Of a stretch of DNA of 64,000 bases, positions 12,280 through 26,859 are shown piece by piece (the first letter of the stretch is position 1; each line of letters begins with the position of its first letter). Below the pieces are notes generated by a model. It was not told the DNA's origin, did not search any database, and saw only the letters and a list, made by a program, of their open reading frames with translations. The DNA is from Camelus dromedarius (lineage: Eukaryota), in the NCBI RefSeq assembly GCF_036321535.1, contig NC_087436.1, positions 93,374,001 through 93,438,000 on the forward strand, written 5' to 3'. Both the position numbers and the translations under genes were made by a program.

Positions 12280-13010
12280 GAAATCATTAATAATCGTGGA
12301 AATACAAATTATAACAAAATTCTATTTGTCCTAACAGGTTGACAAACATTAAATAGGTTGATAATTACATTTGCGAGATTGTAGAGGTACAGGCATTCAC
12401 AAACACTGCTGGTGGGAGAGTAAAGCAATATAAACACTCTTGAGGGCATTTTGGCTCCATGTATCAATTTAAGGAAATCACTGGATGTGCACTCAATATA
12501 TAAAGAATGTTCACTTCAGCATTGCTTACACTAGTGAATAATTACAGCAACATACCCAACAATGAGGGCTTATTAAGTAAATCATTAAAAGTTATTAAAA
12601 TGGAACAATACATAGCCATTAAAAATAACTGAGTTAGTTCTAAGCTTACCAACATATCCAATACTTGTAATATATAGTTAAAGGGGAGAAAAGCAAGTTT
12701 CCAAATGGTGTGTATATTACGATCAAATTCTTATAACTACATATTTACACTTGCATGGAAAAAAAAATCAGTGAGGATATGCACCACTGTGTTAACAATG
12801 ACAATCTTTGACATGATTGTGAACCGTTTAAAGTTTGTTTCCATTTGACTTCTCTGTATCTTCTAAATGTTTTGCAATGCATATGGATTCCTTGTGTTAC
12901 TATTTTTTTTTAATTGAAGTACAGTTGGTTTACAATGTTGTGTTAATTTCTGGTGTACAGCATAGTGATTCAGTTATACATATATATTCCTTTCATATTC
13001 ATTTCATGTT
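12280..13010. mobile_element. Old L1 3' remnant (+) followed by a short young L1 3' end (-, about 12905-13010)
   Basis: actgctggtgggagagtaaa...catagccattaaaa; then ttttaattgaagtacagttggtttacaatgttgtgttaatttctggtgtacagcatagtgattcag. Confidence 0.65.
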
Positions 13011-13671
13011 CTATTTTCTTAATATTTTATTTTAAAAAAGAAAGTAGTTGAGGAAGGCTGAAACCTATGATGCTCACGGATGAATAAGAGTGAGAAACGG
13101 AGAAGCACTTGGGGAATCAGATCAAGAGCTCAAAGACTGGCATTTGTTCTGCCTTAGACATCATACAGGCATTTTTCTCAAGTCCCATAAACAACATAAT
13201 TGTAAAAATGACCAAGCCATTTCTCTCAGGGGGCACTGATAGACCTTGAGAATTAGAACTAGAGCCAATATCTTAACGTTTTTATTCTAATGCAAATGGT
13301 TAAATACAGATCATTTATTTTCCCTTGCTTCCATTGCCTAGGCAACAGAATACAGAGCTGCATGTCTTTAAGGTGGTAATTATCTGCTCTCCATCTGATA
13401 TACCACAATTATTATTTATACTGCTGGTTCTCCTACTTTTATTCAGAGCCAGCCCCCTAGGGCCCCATGGACTCTCAACAACAAGGTGGTGATTTTTCAA
13501 GCAGAACCTGCTCCCTTCCTGGTACTCCTCTCCCCTCCTTGGAGAGGAGGCGCTCGACACCCTCTCCAGGTGATTCTAATACGTGTCTCCCAGGTACTCA
13601 GTCTATTCTGTATTGTTCAGCTGTAACAAACCACATAGTACCTTGTCATATCCTTTTTCTTGGTTGAACAT

Positions 13672-14113
13672 TTACACTGGTTTCCTAGGGCTGCTGTAAC
13701 CAATTACCACAAATGTGGGGCCTTAAAACAATAGAAACTTCTTCTTTCACAATTCTGGAGGCCAGAAATCCAAAATCAAGGTATCAGGAGGGCCACTCTC
13801 CCTCTGATGGTCTAGGGGAGAATCCTTCCTTGCCTCTTCATTTTTAGGGGTTCCTGACGTTCCTTGGCTTGTGGCAGCATTAACTCCTGCCTCTACCTCC
13901 GTCTTCACATGCCCTTCTTCCCTGTGTGTCTCTCTCTTTTCTCTTCTATGAACACCTGTTGTTGAATTTAAGACCCACCCTAAATCCAGCATGCTCTCAC
14001 CAAGACTTAATTGCACCTGCGAAGAATCTATTTCCAAATACGGTCATATTCACAAGTACTAGAGGTTAGGATTTGGACGTATTTTCTGGGGGGACACAAT
14101 TCAACCCACTCCA
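13672..14113 (-). mobile_element. MaLR solo LTR (MLT1B/C-like)
   Basis: tttcctagggctgctgtaaccaattaccacaaa...cacaattctggaggccagaaatccaaaatcaagg...ggggacacaattcaaccca. Confidence 0.85.
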
Positions 14114-17100
14114 ATGTTACATCTATATATGATTTTCTTTTTCGATAAGGAGCTAACTATAATTACAGCTAACATTTTCTGAGAACTTATTCAGGCATTA
14201 TGTTAAGCATTTTACAAGCATTATCTCAGTTAAGTTACAAAATGTCTTTCCCCTAAACCACCCCTCTTCCTCCCATCTACTACCCAAATATCCAGTTTCC
14301 ATTACTTTGCCTTCTGGTAAGGAGAGTAGCATTTCAAAATTCCTGCCAGTGAATAAAGCAAGAGCCTTCACAAGTGAAGAATCACTGCCCCTGGACAATC
14401 ACTAGTATGACCTGTTTGGCCACTTTTTGAAGCTGTACAGCTAGACTTACCCTTGGTTGTAATGTGATCTGTAAAACTTAATATCTGATGCCAGGCTCTT
14501 TTTAAGGAACATATTCTCTGTCTGCTTCTCAATTTATATCAAATGCCTGTGTCAAGCTACAACATCACAATGCATCCTGGGTGTTTTTTTTTTTTCCTCC
14601 AAATTTTTGTTTTGAAAACTTTCAAACATACAACAGAATTGAAAGAATTTTACAATTAATACCCATACACTCCACTACCTAAATGCTACATTAACATTTT
14701 ACTTCTCTTGCTTTGTTCTATAATTAGGCATCCTTCTATCCTATCTATCCAAGAATCCGTCTTATTTTTCTTCCCCACTGAACTAGACCAGACCAGAGGC
14801 TCTTCGATGGCAGGCAGATCCCTCCTTGCCGTGGGGAAGAGTAAGAAGTGGCAAGAGAGGTCAAGAGTGTGAAAGTAGGGATCTCTCTCCACAAGGGAAC
14901 AGGAGTGGGAAATATATTCCCTTACAAAGAGTACATTGACTGATTTAATGAATAAGCATCTTCAGTAGCATCTGAATAATAAACACAACAGTTTCCTGGC
15001 ATTCCTAACACTCTTACTTAGCAGCAATTTGGACTTCAATAACTTCAGTGTCTCCTATTTTTCACAATTCTCCTATGACCATATCCATTTCTGTTTCCCT
15101 TTGCTTTTATTTGCCCATTGCTCTCATTCCCTCATGCTCCAAAAGCTCATTCTCCATGCAAAGAGGGATATGGTGGCCCAGGGTAATGGACTTACATCCC
15201 CAAAGTTCCCTGATTCAAGAGGAAAAAGAATTATTTATTTCCAAATCCAGGCTAAAAATTTTCAAGGAAGGACTAAAATTGGTCCAGATTGGATCACATG
15301 TCTATTTTGGACCAAGCACTGGGGCCAAGAGATCATGTGTCAACTCCTGTGTTCAAAGGGATAAAGTTTATTATAGAAAGAAGATAGGGATGCTAGACCT
15401 TACTAGAAACACAAAGGAATTCCAATGTTCTAACTCATGTATTTAAACCCTTTTACCCCAATGCCCACTCCACCCATAAACTTTATTAAAAGTTAAAACT
15501 CCTGTTGATGTTATAGTGAGAAATCTCTTTAGCAAACATTTTTTTATATTGTGACATTGGATGGGGAGCAGTGATTTTTTTTAAAGGATCTCTTTAGATT
15601 GAATGATTAGTGAAAGATTAACATGCTTTCATATCAAAGATATTAACAGTTTTGTCTAAGATTGATCTTGAAATTTTTTGTTCTTGAAATTTTTTTGAGT
15701 AAAACAGAAACTTTAAGGGTGAATTCGCACTTCTAAGAAACTTGGTATGAAGGGGAGAATAAACTATTTAACCTCTGTTTAACCTTCTCTAGAATGTTTA
15801 TTTAAACGTTCTGCCAATGTTGATATGATTCACCCAAGAATGTAACCCAGGTTATGTACAGTTAGATATAATTTATTTACAAATCTGCAGAACTTTGGTT
15901 ACTTCTGCAACAGACTTTAAGAAAATAAACTGACTGTGCAACTACTTTAATCAAACAGTGTCAACATGTAAAAGTAACAACAAAATTGAGACAATTCTAA
16001 CCCTTAACAACAACTTTGTTTTTCCAGCTCAAAGATTTGACCAGTAGCCAAAGAGATAGTAGAACAAATAACACAAGTCCAGTGTCTCTTATATCAAAAT
16101 CTCAACCATTTCTCCATCTTTAGTATCAATCATCAATCTATTCTATCAAAATCAAACCAACCAAAAACCCATTTTCTTTTGCAAAAACTACAATCTTCTC
16201 TTATGACATTGTTAGAAGAACTAAAATTCTAGGACTCCTTATCCTTCCCAGAACATGGGTTTAAAATCTCAAATACCCTGGCTTTTTCAAAGTACAAGGG
16301 CTAAATCCTACAAGGAATTGGAACTTGGGTAAAAATGCACTTTAAAATGTAATCAAAGAAAGAAATAAACTATCAAATGGCTCCCCTGTAAGACAGCTTC
16401 AGATATTCAGTGTAGGGTTGTTTCAGAGATGCTGAGTAAATTCTGACTTGATCCTAAACCAAATGCCCTTGAGGCTTCCCAGCTGAATGCCAGAGTCCTC
16501 CATAGCTCTGTGATTAGACTCTCTTGGACTCTTCCCATGCATGCTCTGCCCCTGCTTTGCAGACAGACTATCTGTCTTGGGAAATTCTGCCTATCTGTCC
16601 AAAAGACCTGGGTGGGGTTTCCCCATAACTGGTTAGCCTGCTTCTCTGGATCCTTTGGAAGAGAAGACAGATGAATTGGACAGTTGAAACATAACAGGAA
16701 AGCGTTCCTCCAGGTTCCTGTACCAGGAAACAGCTTCTAGTGCCAAGACTAAAACTCCAATGCCAAGACCACAATCATATGGAGTTTGACATTCTGTATT
16801 TAATTCCATTGCTTCTAAAGGAATAATGCTTTGCAAAAAAAACATGATGTCTAAAGTGCATCCTATTCGGCATAGAGCCTTAAGCAAACATAGAAACCTT
16901 TGTCCCTGCTTGTATCATATGGTGGACAAAGACTTCTAGTCATAATTCTCTCCTCATTCTGGACAAATCAATTTTATTTAAAAAATGGAAAATTGAAAGT
17001 AAGACATTAGAACATTGGAACCACTGAGCTAGACCAGCGGGCAATCCATTCAACCCAATTTATTTAAGGAGTAGTGTGGTTGCCCTTCATAATCTAAGCC

Positions 17101-18224
17101 CACAAGGTATTGTTAGATCCCCAAAATTCTCTGATTACCCTTACTTATAGCCTACAAGTCCTCAGAAACCTAGCTCAGTCATGTAACACTTCCACCTTTG
17201 ACCCAGCCAAACTACAATGGGTCACCCACAAAGAGTCAGCACTCAGCATTCAAGGAGTTCACTCCTGAAGTTCCCACTTCTCTGACTTCTCTCTTCTTCA
17301 ATTCTCTTTTAACATCCTTCAGCACTTTTTTTTTTTTTTTGGCTTAGCCTTCCAATTTAATGGATTGATAATTGCCTCTTCTGGACTCTAACCCAAGGTT
17401 CCATTTCTTGCTTTATAAACTCTTATGTCCTTCTGACAGTTCTTTATCCCAGACAGGATGTTGGGAACCACCTTTTATATTTACATCACCACTTCACCCA
17501 GGCAAGTCACACTGAGTATGGCCTAACCTTCCAGACATATTCTTTGATGTGTAATTCATTTCCCATATTAACTGCTCCTCCCCTTTATAATGAAACATCT
17601 TTCCTTATTCACAACAAATCTCTTGGTTCAAGAATCTAAGCCAGTAGTTTCCAGCATGTATACTGAAATCAAGTGGGACATTTTAGAGAACTATCTATGC
17701 CTGTCTCCCCGCTAGAGTCTGGCTTAATGAATTTAGGTTGTAACAGGGATTCTCCAAAAATTCCAAAGTTGAGAATCCCTAGATTTGGAGCGTATCTTTC
17801 AGTTCAAGCCAACTTAGCCCTTCTCCACATCTGTCTTCACTGAAAAGTTAAATCTTTTTAGTATGACTTCTTACAGAATCCTTCTATCCTCCTGATTATT
17901 TTAACTGCTGCTCTCAACTCACTAAAGTTTGTGATGTTAATTTGGACAGGTAAAAAGAATAATTGATACCACCTGCAGACCACAGCAGCTAGAAGTCAAG
18001 CGGATGGAAACAATCATATTGTAAGCTTCTCAAAGGAAGGGACATGCCTTATCCATCTTTGTATTTCCACAGTGTCCTCCATGGTACTTTAATCAAAGTA
18101 GGGAGGGAAAGACCTATATATATGATCTGCTTCCAATTTTTAAAATATCTGTAATATATTTGATGTGCATGTAGTTGGAAAATACATCCTTTGGTGGGGA
18201 GTAACCAGTATTTTTTCAATTGGC

Positions 18225-18850
18225 TCACTTTTTTAGCAGCTTTATTGGGATACAAAGCATATATCACCCAATCCACCCTTTTAAAGTGTAAAATTCAGTG
18301 GTTTTTAGTATATTCAGAGAGTTGTGTAACCACCCCCACAGTCAATTTTAGAACATTCATCACCTTTAAAGGGAACCCCATAGCCATTAGCCATTGCTCC
18401 CTATTCCTCCCCCCCCTTTCCCCTCAGACCTAGGCAACCACTAATATACTTTATGTCTCTATAGATTTGCCTATTCTGGACATTTATATAAATGGGATCA
18501 TACAACATGTGGTCTTAGATGTCAAGCTTCTGTCACTTCGTGTAATGCTTCCAAGGTTCACTGATGCTGTAACATGTACCAGCATACCTTTCATTTTTAT
18601 TGCCAAATAATATTCCATTGTATGGATATGAAGTATTTTATTTATCCATCCATCAGCTGATTACATTTGGGTTATTTTCACTTTTGGCTGTTAAAAATAA
18701 TGCTGCTATGAAGTTTTATTTTTGCATGGACATATATTTTTATTTCTGTTGTATGTATGCACAGGAGAGGAACTGCTGGGTCACTTGGTAACTCTATGTT
18801 TAACCTTTTGAGAAACTGCCAAATAGTTTTCTAGCTGGCTATGCCATTTC
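18225..18850 (-). mobile_element. L1 (L1MB-like) 3' fragment
   Basis: aaagtgtaaaattcagtggtttttagtatattcagagagttgtg...atttgcctattctggacattt...tattccattgtatggata. Confidence 0.85.
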
Positions 18851-20176
18851 ATACAGCCATAATCTCCCCTTGCCTCATCCTCCCTCCATTCAAGCAGCCA
18901 GGACTTTCTTTTCCCATTGCGTCAGGGGAAGGATGTGACCAGCTGAAAGAAAAACAAAAGAAGTATTTCTGACTTTGATTTCCAATAGTGTACACCCTTA
19001 GGGGACCAGTGAAGACTGGCAGGGCAGACAAAAGGGATGAGAAAGACACTCCACCCCATCCTCAATACAAAGAAGAGTTTCCCCAGGGTTAGGAATAAAA
19101 CCAGAGACTAGAGAGAAGAGAGAAGACAGTGACTGGGTGTCACTGGGCTCCAGAAGGGGGTTGTTGGATAAGCAGTGTACTTTCCTTAGGGAGAAGACCC
19201 CCAAAAAGCTCAGGGAGGAAATTGCTGCCTGGAGAATCTAGACCCCTGGGTCTTTAGAGAGCCTTTTGCAAACATTTCCTCGACCCAGTATGGAAAGAAG
19301 AACAGTTCAGCTGCACTCAGAGTTGACACAGAAGGACCCGGCTGAGGGAATGAGGAATATCTCAGTGTCAACACAGAGATGAAAGAACCAGAGTCTACCC
19401 CCAACTCCCTGGAACTCGTAAACCTCCTGGAATTTTGGGTTAAACTTGGGAGGGGAAGAAGTGATGAGAGACTCTAAATTGACAAAGATTCATTTTCTAC
19501 CAGTCTAGCAAAATACTAGTTCCACATTAAAATTAAGTTGTGTTTTGGCAAAGTGAAGGAAACTGTATTTTTGAGTTATGCACTGAGATTAGTACCCACC
19601 ACATAAGATTGGATAGAAGACCAAAGAAGCCAAATGTCCAATAAATATATAAAAAAACTCACTGCTGACAATCCCATATGCAGCAAGAATGTGGAACAAA
19701 AGGAATTCTTCTGAACTGCTGGTAGTGATCGATGGGAACTACATCGTGGAGAGCAACTTAGCAGTACTTAATAAAATCCAACAGCTGCAAACCCTGTGAC
19801 CCAGCAATTGCTTTCCTCCCTGTATAACTTAGAGAACTCTTGCACAGGTGTGCCAAGAGACATGAAAAAAAAAAAAAAAAGCTCACTGTAACATTATTAG
19901 TAATGGCAAAAAAAAATTACAAACAAGGTAAAAGTCTATCAACAGATAAGATGAATTAATTGTGCTGTGTGCATTTGAGGGAATACTATATAGCCTTGTT
20001 CCCCAAAAATGTGACTCCTCACCGGCCTCATTCACTCCACCTGAGAACTCCAGACTTACTCAACCAGAATCTGTATTTTAACAAGATCCTCTGGGGAGTC
20101 TTTTGCCACTAAAGTTTGAGAAGTGCTGTTCTATGCAGTTAAATGAATGAACTACTTGTGTCAACCTGGATTACTC

Positions 20177-20782
20177 TTTTTTTTTTCTTTTTATTGAAAT
20201 GTAGTTGATTTATAATGTTCTGTAGTTGATTTATAATGTCAGTTTCAGGTGTACAGCAAAGTGATTCAGTTATACATATGCATACACATATATTTTTTCT
20301 TTTCAGATTATTTTACATTATATGTTGTTACAAGAAATTGAGTATAGTTCCCCATGCTATACAGTAGGTCCTTGTTGTTTATCTATTTTATATATAGTAA
20401 TGTGTATCTGTTAATCCCCAACCTCTAATTTATCCCTCCCCACCCTTTCCCCTTTGGTAACCATAGTTTGTTGTCTATGTCCGTGAGTCATTTTTGGTTT
20501 GTAAATAAAATTTATATCATTTTTTTAGATTCCACATATAAGTGATATCATATGATGTTTGTCTTTGTCTGGCTTACGTCACTCAATATGATCATCTCTC
20601 GGTCTATCCATGATTGCTGCAAATGGCATTATTTCATTCTTTTTTTTATGGCCAAGTAATATTCCATTATAAATACATACCACATCTTCTTTATCCAGTC
20701 ACCTGTTGATGGACGTTTAGGTTGTTACCATGTATTGGCTCTTGCAAATAGTGCTGCTATGAACATTGGGATGCATATGTCT
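20177..20782 (-). mobile_element. Lineage-specific L1 3' end with polyA tail (T-run on +)
   Basis: T-run, then ttattgaaatgtagttgatttataatg...gattccacatataagtgatatcatatg...gctgctatgaacattggg. Confidence 0.9.
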
Positions 20783-21924
20783 TAACCTGGAAAAACACAA
20801 TATTCAGAGAAAAAATATACAAGTTGCCAAAAATTAGTATTGTATGATGCCATTTAAATAAAATTTGAAAACATGAACAACAATGCTATATATGTTTATG
20901 AATATATTCATATGTACTAGACATTAGGACATGTAGAGAATTTTATAAACACCAAATCCTGAACACTGGTTACCTCCTGGGGGAAAGGGAGAGGATAAGG
21001 AAGCCACAGCAGGGGTGGCTTCAACCGCCGTTACAATGCTTACTTGTTCTGAAGCTGCATGGCAAGTACACTGGGATTTCTTTCATTTATTTTTATAGGC
21101 CAAAAATTTTCATTTGAACGAGAAGTTTTTTAAAGACAGTATTTATATCTGGGTGGGTAATGTTTATTTTCTTCTGAATTTTTTTTTATATTTTCCAAAT
21201 GTTTATACCAGATATTGCTTAAAAGGTCTAAAAAGCTATAGCAAAAGTAATATTGAATTCTAATTTTGTTTTTGATGAGCTGGGCATCTTTTTACTTAAA
21301 ACATCAAACTAATTGCCAGGCTTATTGCTTTCTAGCCACTCACCTCACTCCATGCTTCAGCACACAGACTGGGGCTCAGGAGTCACTGGTGGTGCCCAAG
21401 GAGGCACCCAGGGTGGCGGTGGTTTTGTGAATTGCCGTATCCCTTCCCAACTGCAGGCTGATGTGAAAACATATGCGATGATGCAGCCTCAGAGTTCCTG
21501 GGTCTCTGAGTGACTAAAGTGAGCTGAGTCTACCTATGGTGGACATGTAGCATGAACAAAAAATAAACTTGTTACAGTGGACACCTGAGATTTGGGGACT
21601 ATTTATAACCACAACAAAACTAAGTCTAGCCTGACAGATGCAATTGGCTAAAATTGGCATAGTGTATGTATTAAAGAAAAAGATGGGTGACAACAACAAC
21701 ACAAGTCTTCCTCAGAAATAAAAGTAACAAGGGTGTAACAGGATGTGGACTCGTGTTTCCCCTTCAGTTTCTCCCTCTGTGACTCAGCAGAGACTTATTC
21801 TTTCTCATTTAAGATCAGAAGGACAGCAATTCCCAGGTTCTTTTTGATCCTTGCAAAGAAGCACTCCCATCTCCTTCAGAGAAGGTTTTAAACCCAATGA
21901 TAAATGGCCAAGTCAAGGATGATT

Positions 21925-22291
21925 GGCATGATAGCTATTAAAGCTGTATGCCAAGTAGTTCTTGTTTTCCTCCTTTCCAGGAATATGGTAAGATTATACT
22001 TCCTATTCCTCTTGGGATTGGGTGGAGTCTAGTAACTAGTTTTGGACAATGAGTTATGACCAATTAATTGCCAGTGCAAAACCCTCCAGGTCTCTTTCTC
22101 CTCTGGTCTGGTGACCCACGGTATTAGAGATGATGGCCACTCCATCAGCAGGAGATCCTAGATACGATTAGCCAATCCCTCCTGCCCAACCCAAAATGGA
22201 CGTGTAATGTTACATGAAAAATTGTTTTGAGCCACAGAGATTGTGCACTTCTTTGTTACAGCAGCATAACCTATGTTTTCCTGACTGACAC
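21925..22291 (+). mobile_element. MaLR LTR (MLT1I/J-like)
   Basis: tagttttggacaatgagttatg...gagccacagagatt...ttgttacagcagcataaccta...ctgactgacaca. Confidence 0.65.
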
Positions 22292-22652
22292 AGAGGGAAA
22301 TCCAGAGATAAAGTTATAGCTTCCTTTGAAATGATCACAACCATCACCATCCTCAAATGAACTAATGCCATTCCACAATCTGGCCAACTGAGCCAAAACA
22401 ATATAAAATAAAAACAAAGTAAAGAGAACACTAAATCTTCAGAGGCATTATTAATGGAGCTATAGTCCTATGATGAAGGAGCCCACATGTTCCTCCTGCA
22501 AGCATTAAGCCTGGTTCTCAGGCACCATCTGTGGCTTGATCACAGGGTCATCTTTGAACTAGAAACACATAGTTCGAGAAAGAATGTTATTTTTCCTCCT
22601 CCTTCCAGTCCCAAGATTGAGCTCCCAGAGGTGAGTTAACAAGTGAATTTTT

Positions 22653-23469
22653 CTTATTCTTTTTTTTACTATTATTGAGATATAATTGACATATATCATA
22701 TTAGTTCCAGATGTAAAACATAATGGTTTGATATATGAATATATTGTGAAATGATCACACAATAAGTCTACTTAACTTCTATCACCACACATAGTTACAA
22801 TTGTGCGTGTGTGTGATGAGAACTTTTAAGACGATTTTAGTAACTTTCAAATATACAATATAGTATTGTTAACTATAGTCACCATGCTGCACATTATATC
22901 CCCATGACTTATTTATTTTATAACTGGCAGTTTGTACCTTTTGACCCTCTTCATCCATTTTGCCCACTCTCTATCCTCAACTCTGGTAATCACCCATCTG
23001 TTCTCTGTAAGTTTGGCTTTTTTTATTTTTGGGTTTTTTTTTTTTTAGTTTCCACATATAAGTGAGACCATACAGTATTTATCTTTGTCTGTCTGACTGT
23101 TTAACTTAGCATAACACCCTCAAGGTCAACTTATATTGGATTTCCTTCTTTATGGTTGAGTAATATTCCATTGTATAAATATATACCACTCTTCTTTATG
23201 TGTTCATCCATCAATGGACACTTACGTTGTGTCCACATCTTGGCTATTATAAATAATGCTTCAATGACCTTGGGGGTGCACATATCTTTTTGAGTAAGTG
23301 TTCTTGTTTTCTTTGTGTAAATACCTAGACGTGAGATTTTTAGATCATATACTAGTTCTATATTTAATTTTAATTTTTGAGGAAACTCCACACTATTTTC
23401 CATAGTAGCTGCACCAATTTTCATGCACACCAACAGTATACAATGCTTCCCTTTCTCCACATCCTTACC
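22653..23469 (-). mobile_element. 5'-truncated L1 with perfect 15-bp TSD
   Basis: TSD aacaagtgaattttt at 22638-22652 and 23470-23484; minus-strand ORF 23131-23460 is an L1 ORF2 C-terminus-like peptide. Confidence 0.92.
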
Positions 23470-24386
23470 AACAAGTGAATTTTTAAGGCCTGTTAGTGCT
23501 TATGAGCTTTTCTAATCTTTTTCACAGCATTTACCACTGACTCATTATTCCATACTTGTGTGCTTTCTTATAAATATGATTGTTCTTCTGAGAAATTTAA
23601 AACAACTGCCTTATGCAGTCAGGTGATCTCCAGCAAGTGATTAACTATTATAACTTTGACCTTTGAATCCCCACAGACAGTTTTTTCAGTCGTCTTGTGC
23701 AAGGTACTTTATTTCAAGTACTTGGAAGAATACCTGAAGAATTACTCATCTCATCGACCGAGGCTTTCATCTCAGTATGAAGCACTTTTACCTCAGCCTT
23801 TATTTGGTTTTGTTTCTGAGACAACATTTCTGAAACCCTTGATTCATTGCCAACCATATCTAAACTTTACTTGTTCAATGAACTGATCTGTGAGGTTTAA
23901 AAACACATTTATTTATGTGCGTTTTCATGTGATTAAGGAGAAGTTCAGAAGATACAGAATGTTATTCACCAAAGACTATCCATCTGTAGCAGGAGAAATG
24001 GCCTGACGTTGAGGTTCAGGTGTTGACACTGGAGGTGGAGTAAATGGTTTACAGATGTTTAGAAACTTAATTGAATAACTGCTTTGACGGAAAAGAGAGG
24101 CACCTCCAGATGAGGCTGTGGTAGACACACTCAGTTGTTACAAGACCTAGGCTACTATAAACTACTTGAAATCTAGGATTCAAGCAGATTCATGGTTCTT
24201 TCTACTGCCCTCCCTCCTTTCTTCAGTTGGGTTACTATACTCAGCATCCTGGTTTCCTGCCAAATGTTGCTCCCTCGGCAAACCACCTCGGCCCCCCAAC
24301 AGGTTGGGCCCTGCATACACTGTCTTATAGAACATGTATTTCCATTCTAACTGTCCTGATTGTCTCTTAAATAAGAAGTTCTCTGT

Positions 24387-24503
24387 GGGGAGGGTATAGC
24401 TCAAGTGGTAGAGTGCATGCTTGGCTTGTATGAGGTCCTAGCTTCAATATCCAGTAAATCCTTTAAGAATAAATAAGCCTAATCACCTCCTCCCACCAAA
24501 AAA
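24387..24503 (+). mobile_element. tRNA-Ala-derived camelid SINE (vic-1-like)
   Basis: GGGGAGGGTATAGCTCAAGTGGTAGAGTGCATGCTT head, same family as 3300-3427, with tail aataaataagcctaatcacctcc. Confidence 0.85.
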
Positions 24504-26223
24504 TGTTCTGTAATCATTTATCGGTAGTCTCCTCCAGTAAACCGTGAGCTCTGTGACAGCAGTGGCCACATTTGCATTGTTTGCCACTATTCCAGTACCC
24601 AGTTTATCAGTTCGACAAACATTTTATCAAGAGTCTTTTTTTGTGCCAGGTACTGGGCAGGTGCTTGGGATGCTTGGTGAACCAAACAAAATTCCTGACC
24701 TGATGAAACTTACATTCAAGAGCCAGAACCCAAACAGTGAATGATCAGCGTAATAAAGTCCATGGTATGTTAAAAGTTGAAAAGCACCACGAGGAAAAGA
24801 AAATGTAGAGCAAGGTCAGGAAGGGAAGCTGCTTGCAGTGTTGAATAGAGTGGTCAGGTTAAGCCTCATTGAGAAGGTGGGATCTGAGTACAACCTGGAG
24901 GAGGGAAGGAAGTTAGTTAGCCAAGTAGATACCTCAGTAAGAGTGTTCCCAGCCCAGGATCAGGTAGAGCAGATTCTTTAAGGCAGGAAGGAATGCCTGC
25001 TTTGTTCTAAGAAGGACAACGGGGCCAGTGTGGCTGGAATGGAGAAAGCAAGAGAGCAGAAGGGAAGGTCAGAGATGCTCAATAAATGTGTGTCAAAGGA
25101 ATAAATAAAAAAGTAGACACGATTTTAAATTTTGCTTTACAGAATTTTCACAGGCCTTGCATATTTTCCCATAGATGAGAGAAGTCTCAAGGTTCATCCA
25201 GTCCATGAACTGTAATCGCATGTATATTGAGTGGCAACTCTAGAGGGCATTGTGTCCTTCTCTTGCCACAGAGAAAACATCTCCTGGCCATGTTAAGAAA
25301 TAGCCATGTGTCTTCTTAACTGTAAGTCCCTGGGCCCTTCTAGTCCAGATTCACACAGCAGAGTCTGCAGCTGAGGAGATAAAGCTGATTCTGTGGCTCC
25401 ATTCAGAAGGCTGTGGTGCTGACAAGCCACTCCACCTTCATGACTGACGTGATGGGAACCAAAGTGAGGCAGAGGAACCACAAAGCAACCAAAGAGGCTG
25501 AGAAGCGTTATCTCACTCAGCACATTGAGCAGACAGAGAGAGAACGGGAAACGGGCTCTTTGTGAAACAGCTGGCTTTTTCTCACTGAAACTCCCTCTCT
25601 GCAAAGTTTCTGAAATCCACATACACTACCAGTATACACCAGTGGTTTCCAAGCACCGCTGTAGGATCCATTGTGAGATGCTCGGCTAACTCTCCCAGAA
25701 TCTCCTGGGAAGCTTTCCCAAAATAGGGATCTGGGAGCCTACCTCTCGAAGATCTGAATCAGTGGATCTAGGTGGACTTTTAACAGCTTCTCAAGAGATT
25801 ATTATGAGCAGCCAAGATTGAGAATACTGCCATAGTGTTCTGGTAATGTACCTGTGTTTGGCCAGAAAACAACATCTCTTGCTAATGGTGTAGGTTTCTA
25901 CCGGTGGTATTTCAGGCATCGGTGATCAAAAGAAGTTATGTTGAGGTTATAGGGGTGAGGAAGGCTGCTAGAATTTCTGAAATCACAGGCGTGAAAGGCA
26001 TTCTTCACAGTTCAAATGTCCCTTGAGATAGCAACGGGAGAATCTGTCCCCCTTCCCAGGTTTCTCCTCACCCCTGTCAGCAAGTTCTTCCAATGAGGTC
26101 ACCAGTTTGAAAGCAGCTGTAGATTTCTGTGCATATTGATGAAATTGTAACAGGAGAAATAGGAAGTTTGAGAATCTTAGGATTTCTACAAATATTCTAG
26201 TAAGGGGTGGTGAGAAAGATGGG

Positions 26224-26782
26224 TGTGGTTGCCAGTCACCAAGATGAGCCCCAAGGACCCCTGCCTCCTGGTAGTCATGCCTTTGGGTAGTCTCGTTTCA
26301 CTGTGCTAGGGTTGATCTGTGTGGCCAGTAGCACAGCAGCAGTGATGGTCTGTCACTTCTACAATTAGGTTACTGAAAAAAAATAAAAACACTGTGGCTT
26401 TAATCTTAGACTCTCTCCCTCAGCACTTGCTTTCTCTCTCTCTCTTTGGGGGAAGTTAGATGCCACATTGTTAAGACACACAGGCAAGAGAGGGAACCAC
26501 ATTATGGGGAACTGAGAACCCAGCCAACAGCTGACAAGGAACTGAGGCCTGCCAACGAGATGAATGAGTAGGGAAGTGGACCCTCCAGCCCTAGTCAATC
26601 TTTCAGATGACTACAGCCCCGGCCAACAGTTTGACTACAACTTCATTAGAGACTCTGAGTGCGAACTACCCAGCTAACCCCTTCTCAGATTCTTGACCCT
26701 TAGAAACCATCTGAGATAATGTTTGTAGTTTTAAGTTACTAAATTTTGGAATAATTGTTATACAGCAATAGATAATATAATA
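26224..26782 (+). mobile_element. MaLR solo LTR (MLT1E/F-like)
   Basis: tgtgg...aagatgagccccaaggacccctgcctcctgg...ttcagatgactacagccccggcc...tacagcaatagataa. Confidence 0.8.
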
Positions 26783-26859
26783 GTGAGTTCAACAGCTCAC
26801 CGGAAAACTTTTCATGTGATCCCAACTTAGACTTTTCTTTCCAAGTCACATAGCATTGC

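Noticed and set aside
15500..19620. Possible processed pseudogene or ancient Gypsy/CR1 remnants in the unassigned stretches
   Set aside because: No recognisable peptide in the frames examined; faint CR1/L3-like (about 17760-17980) and Gypsy-LTR-like (about 18850-19600) resemblance is too weak to call without an HMM search.
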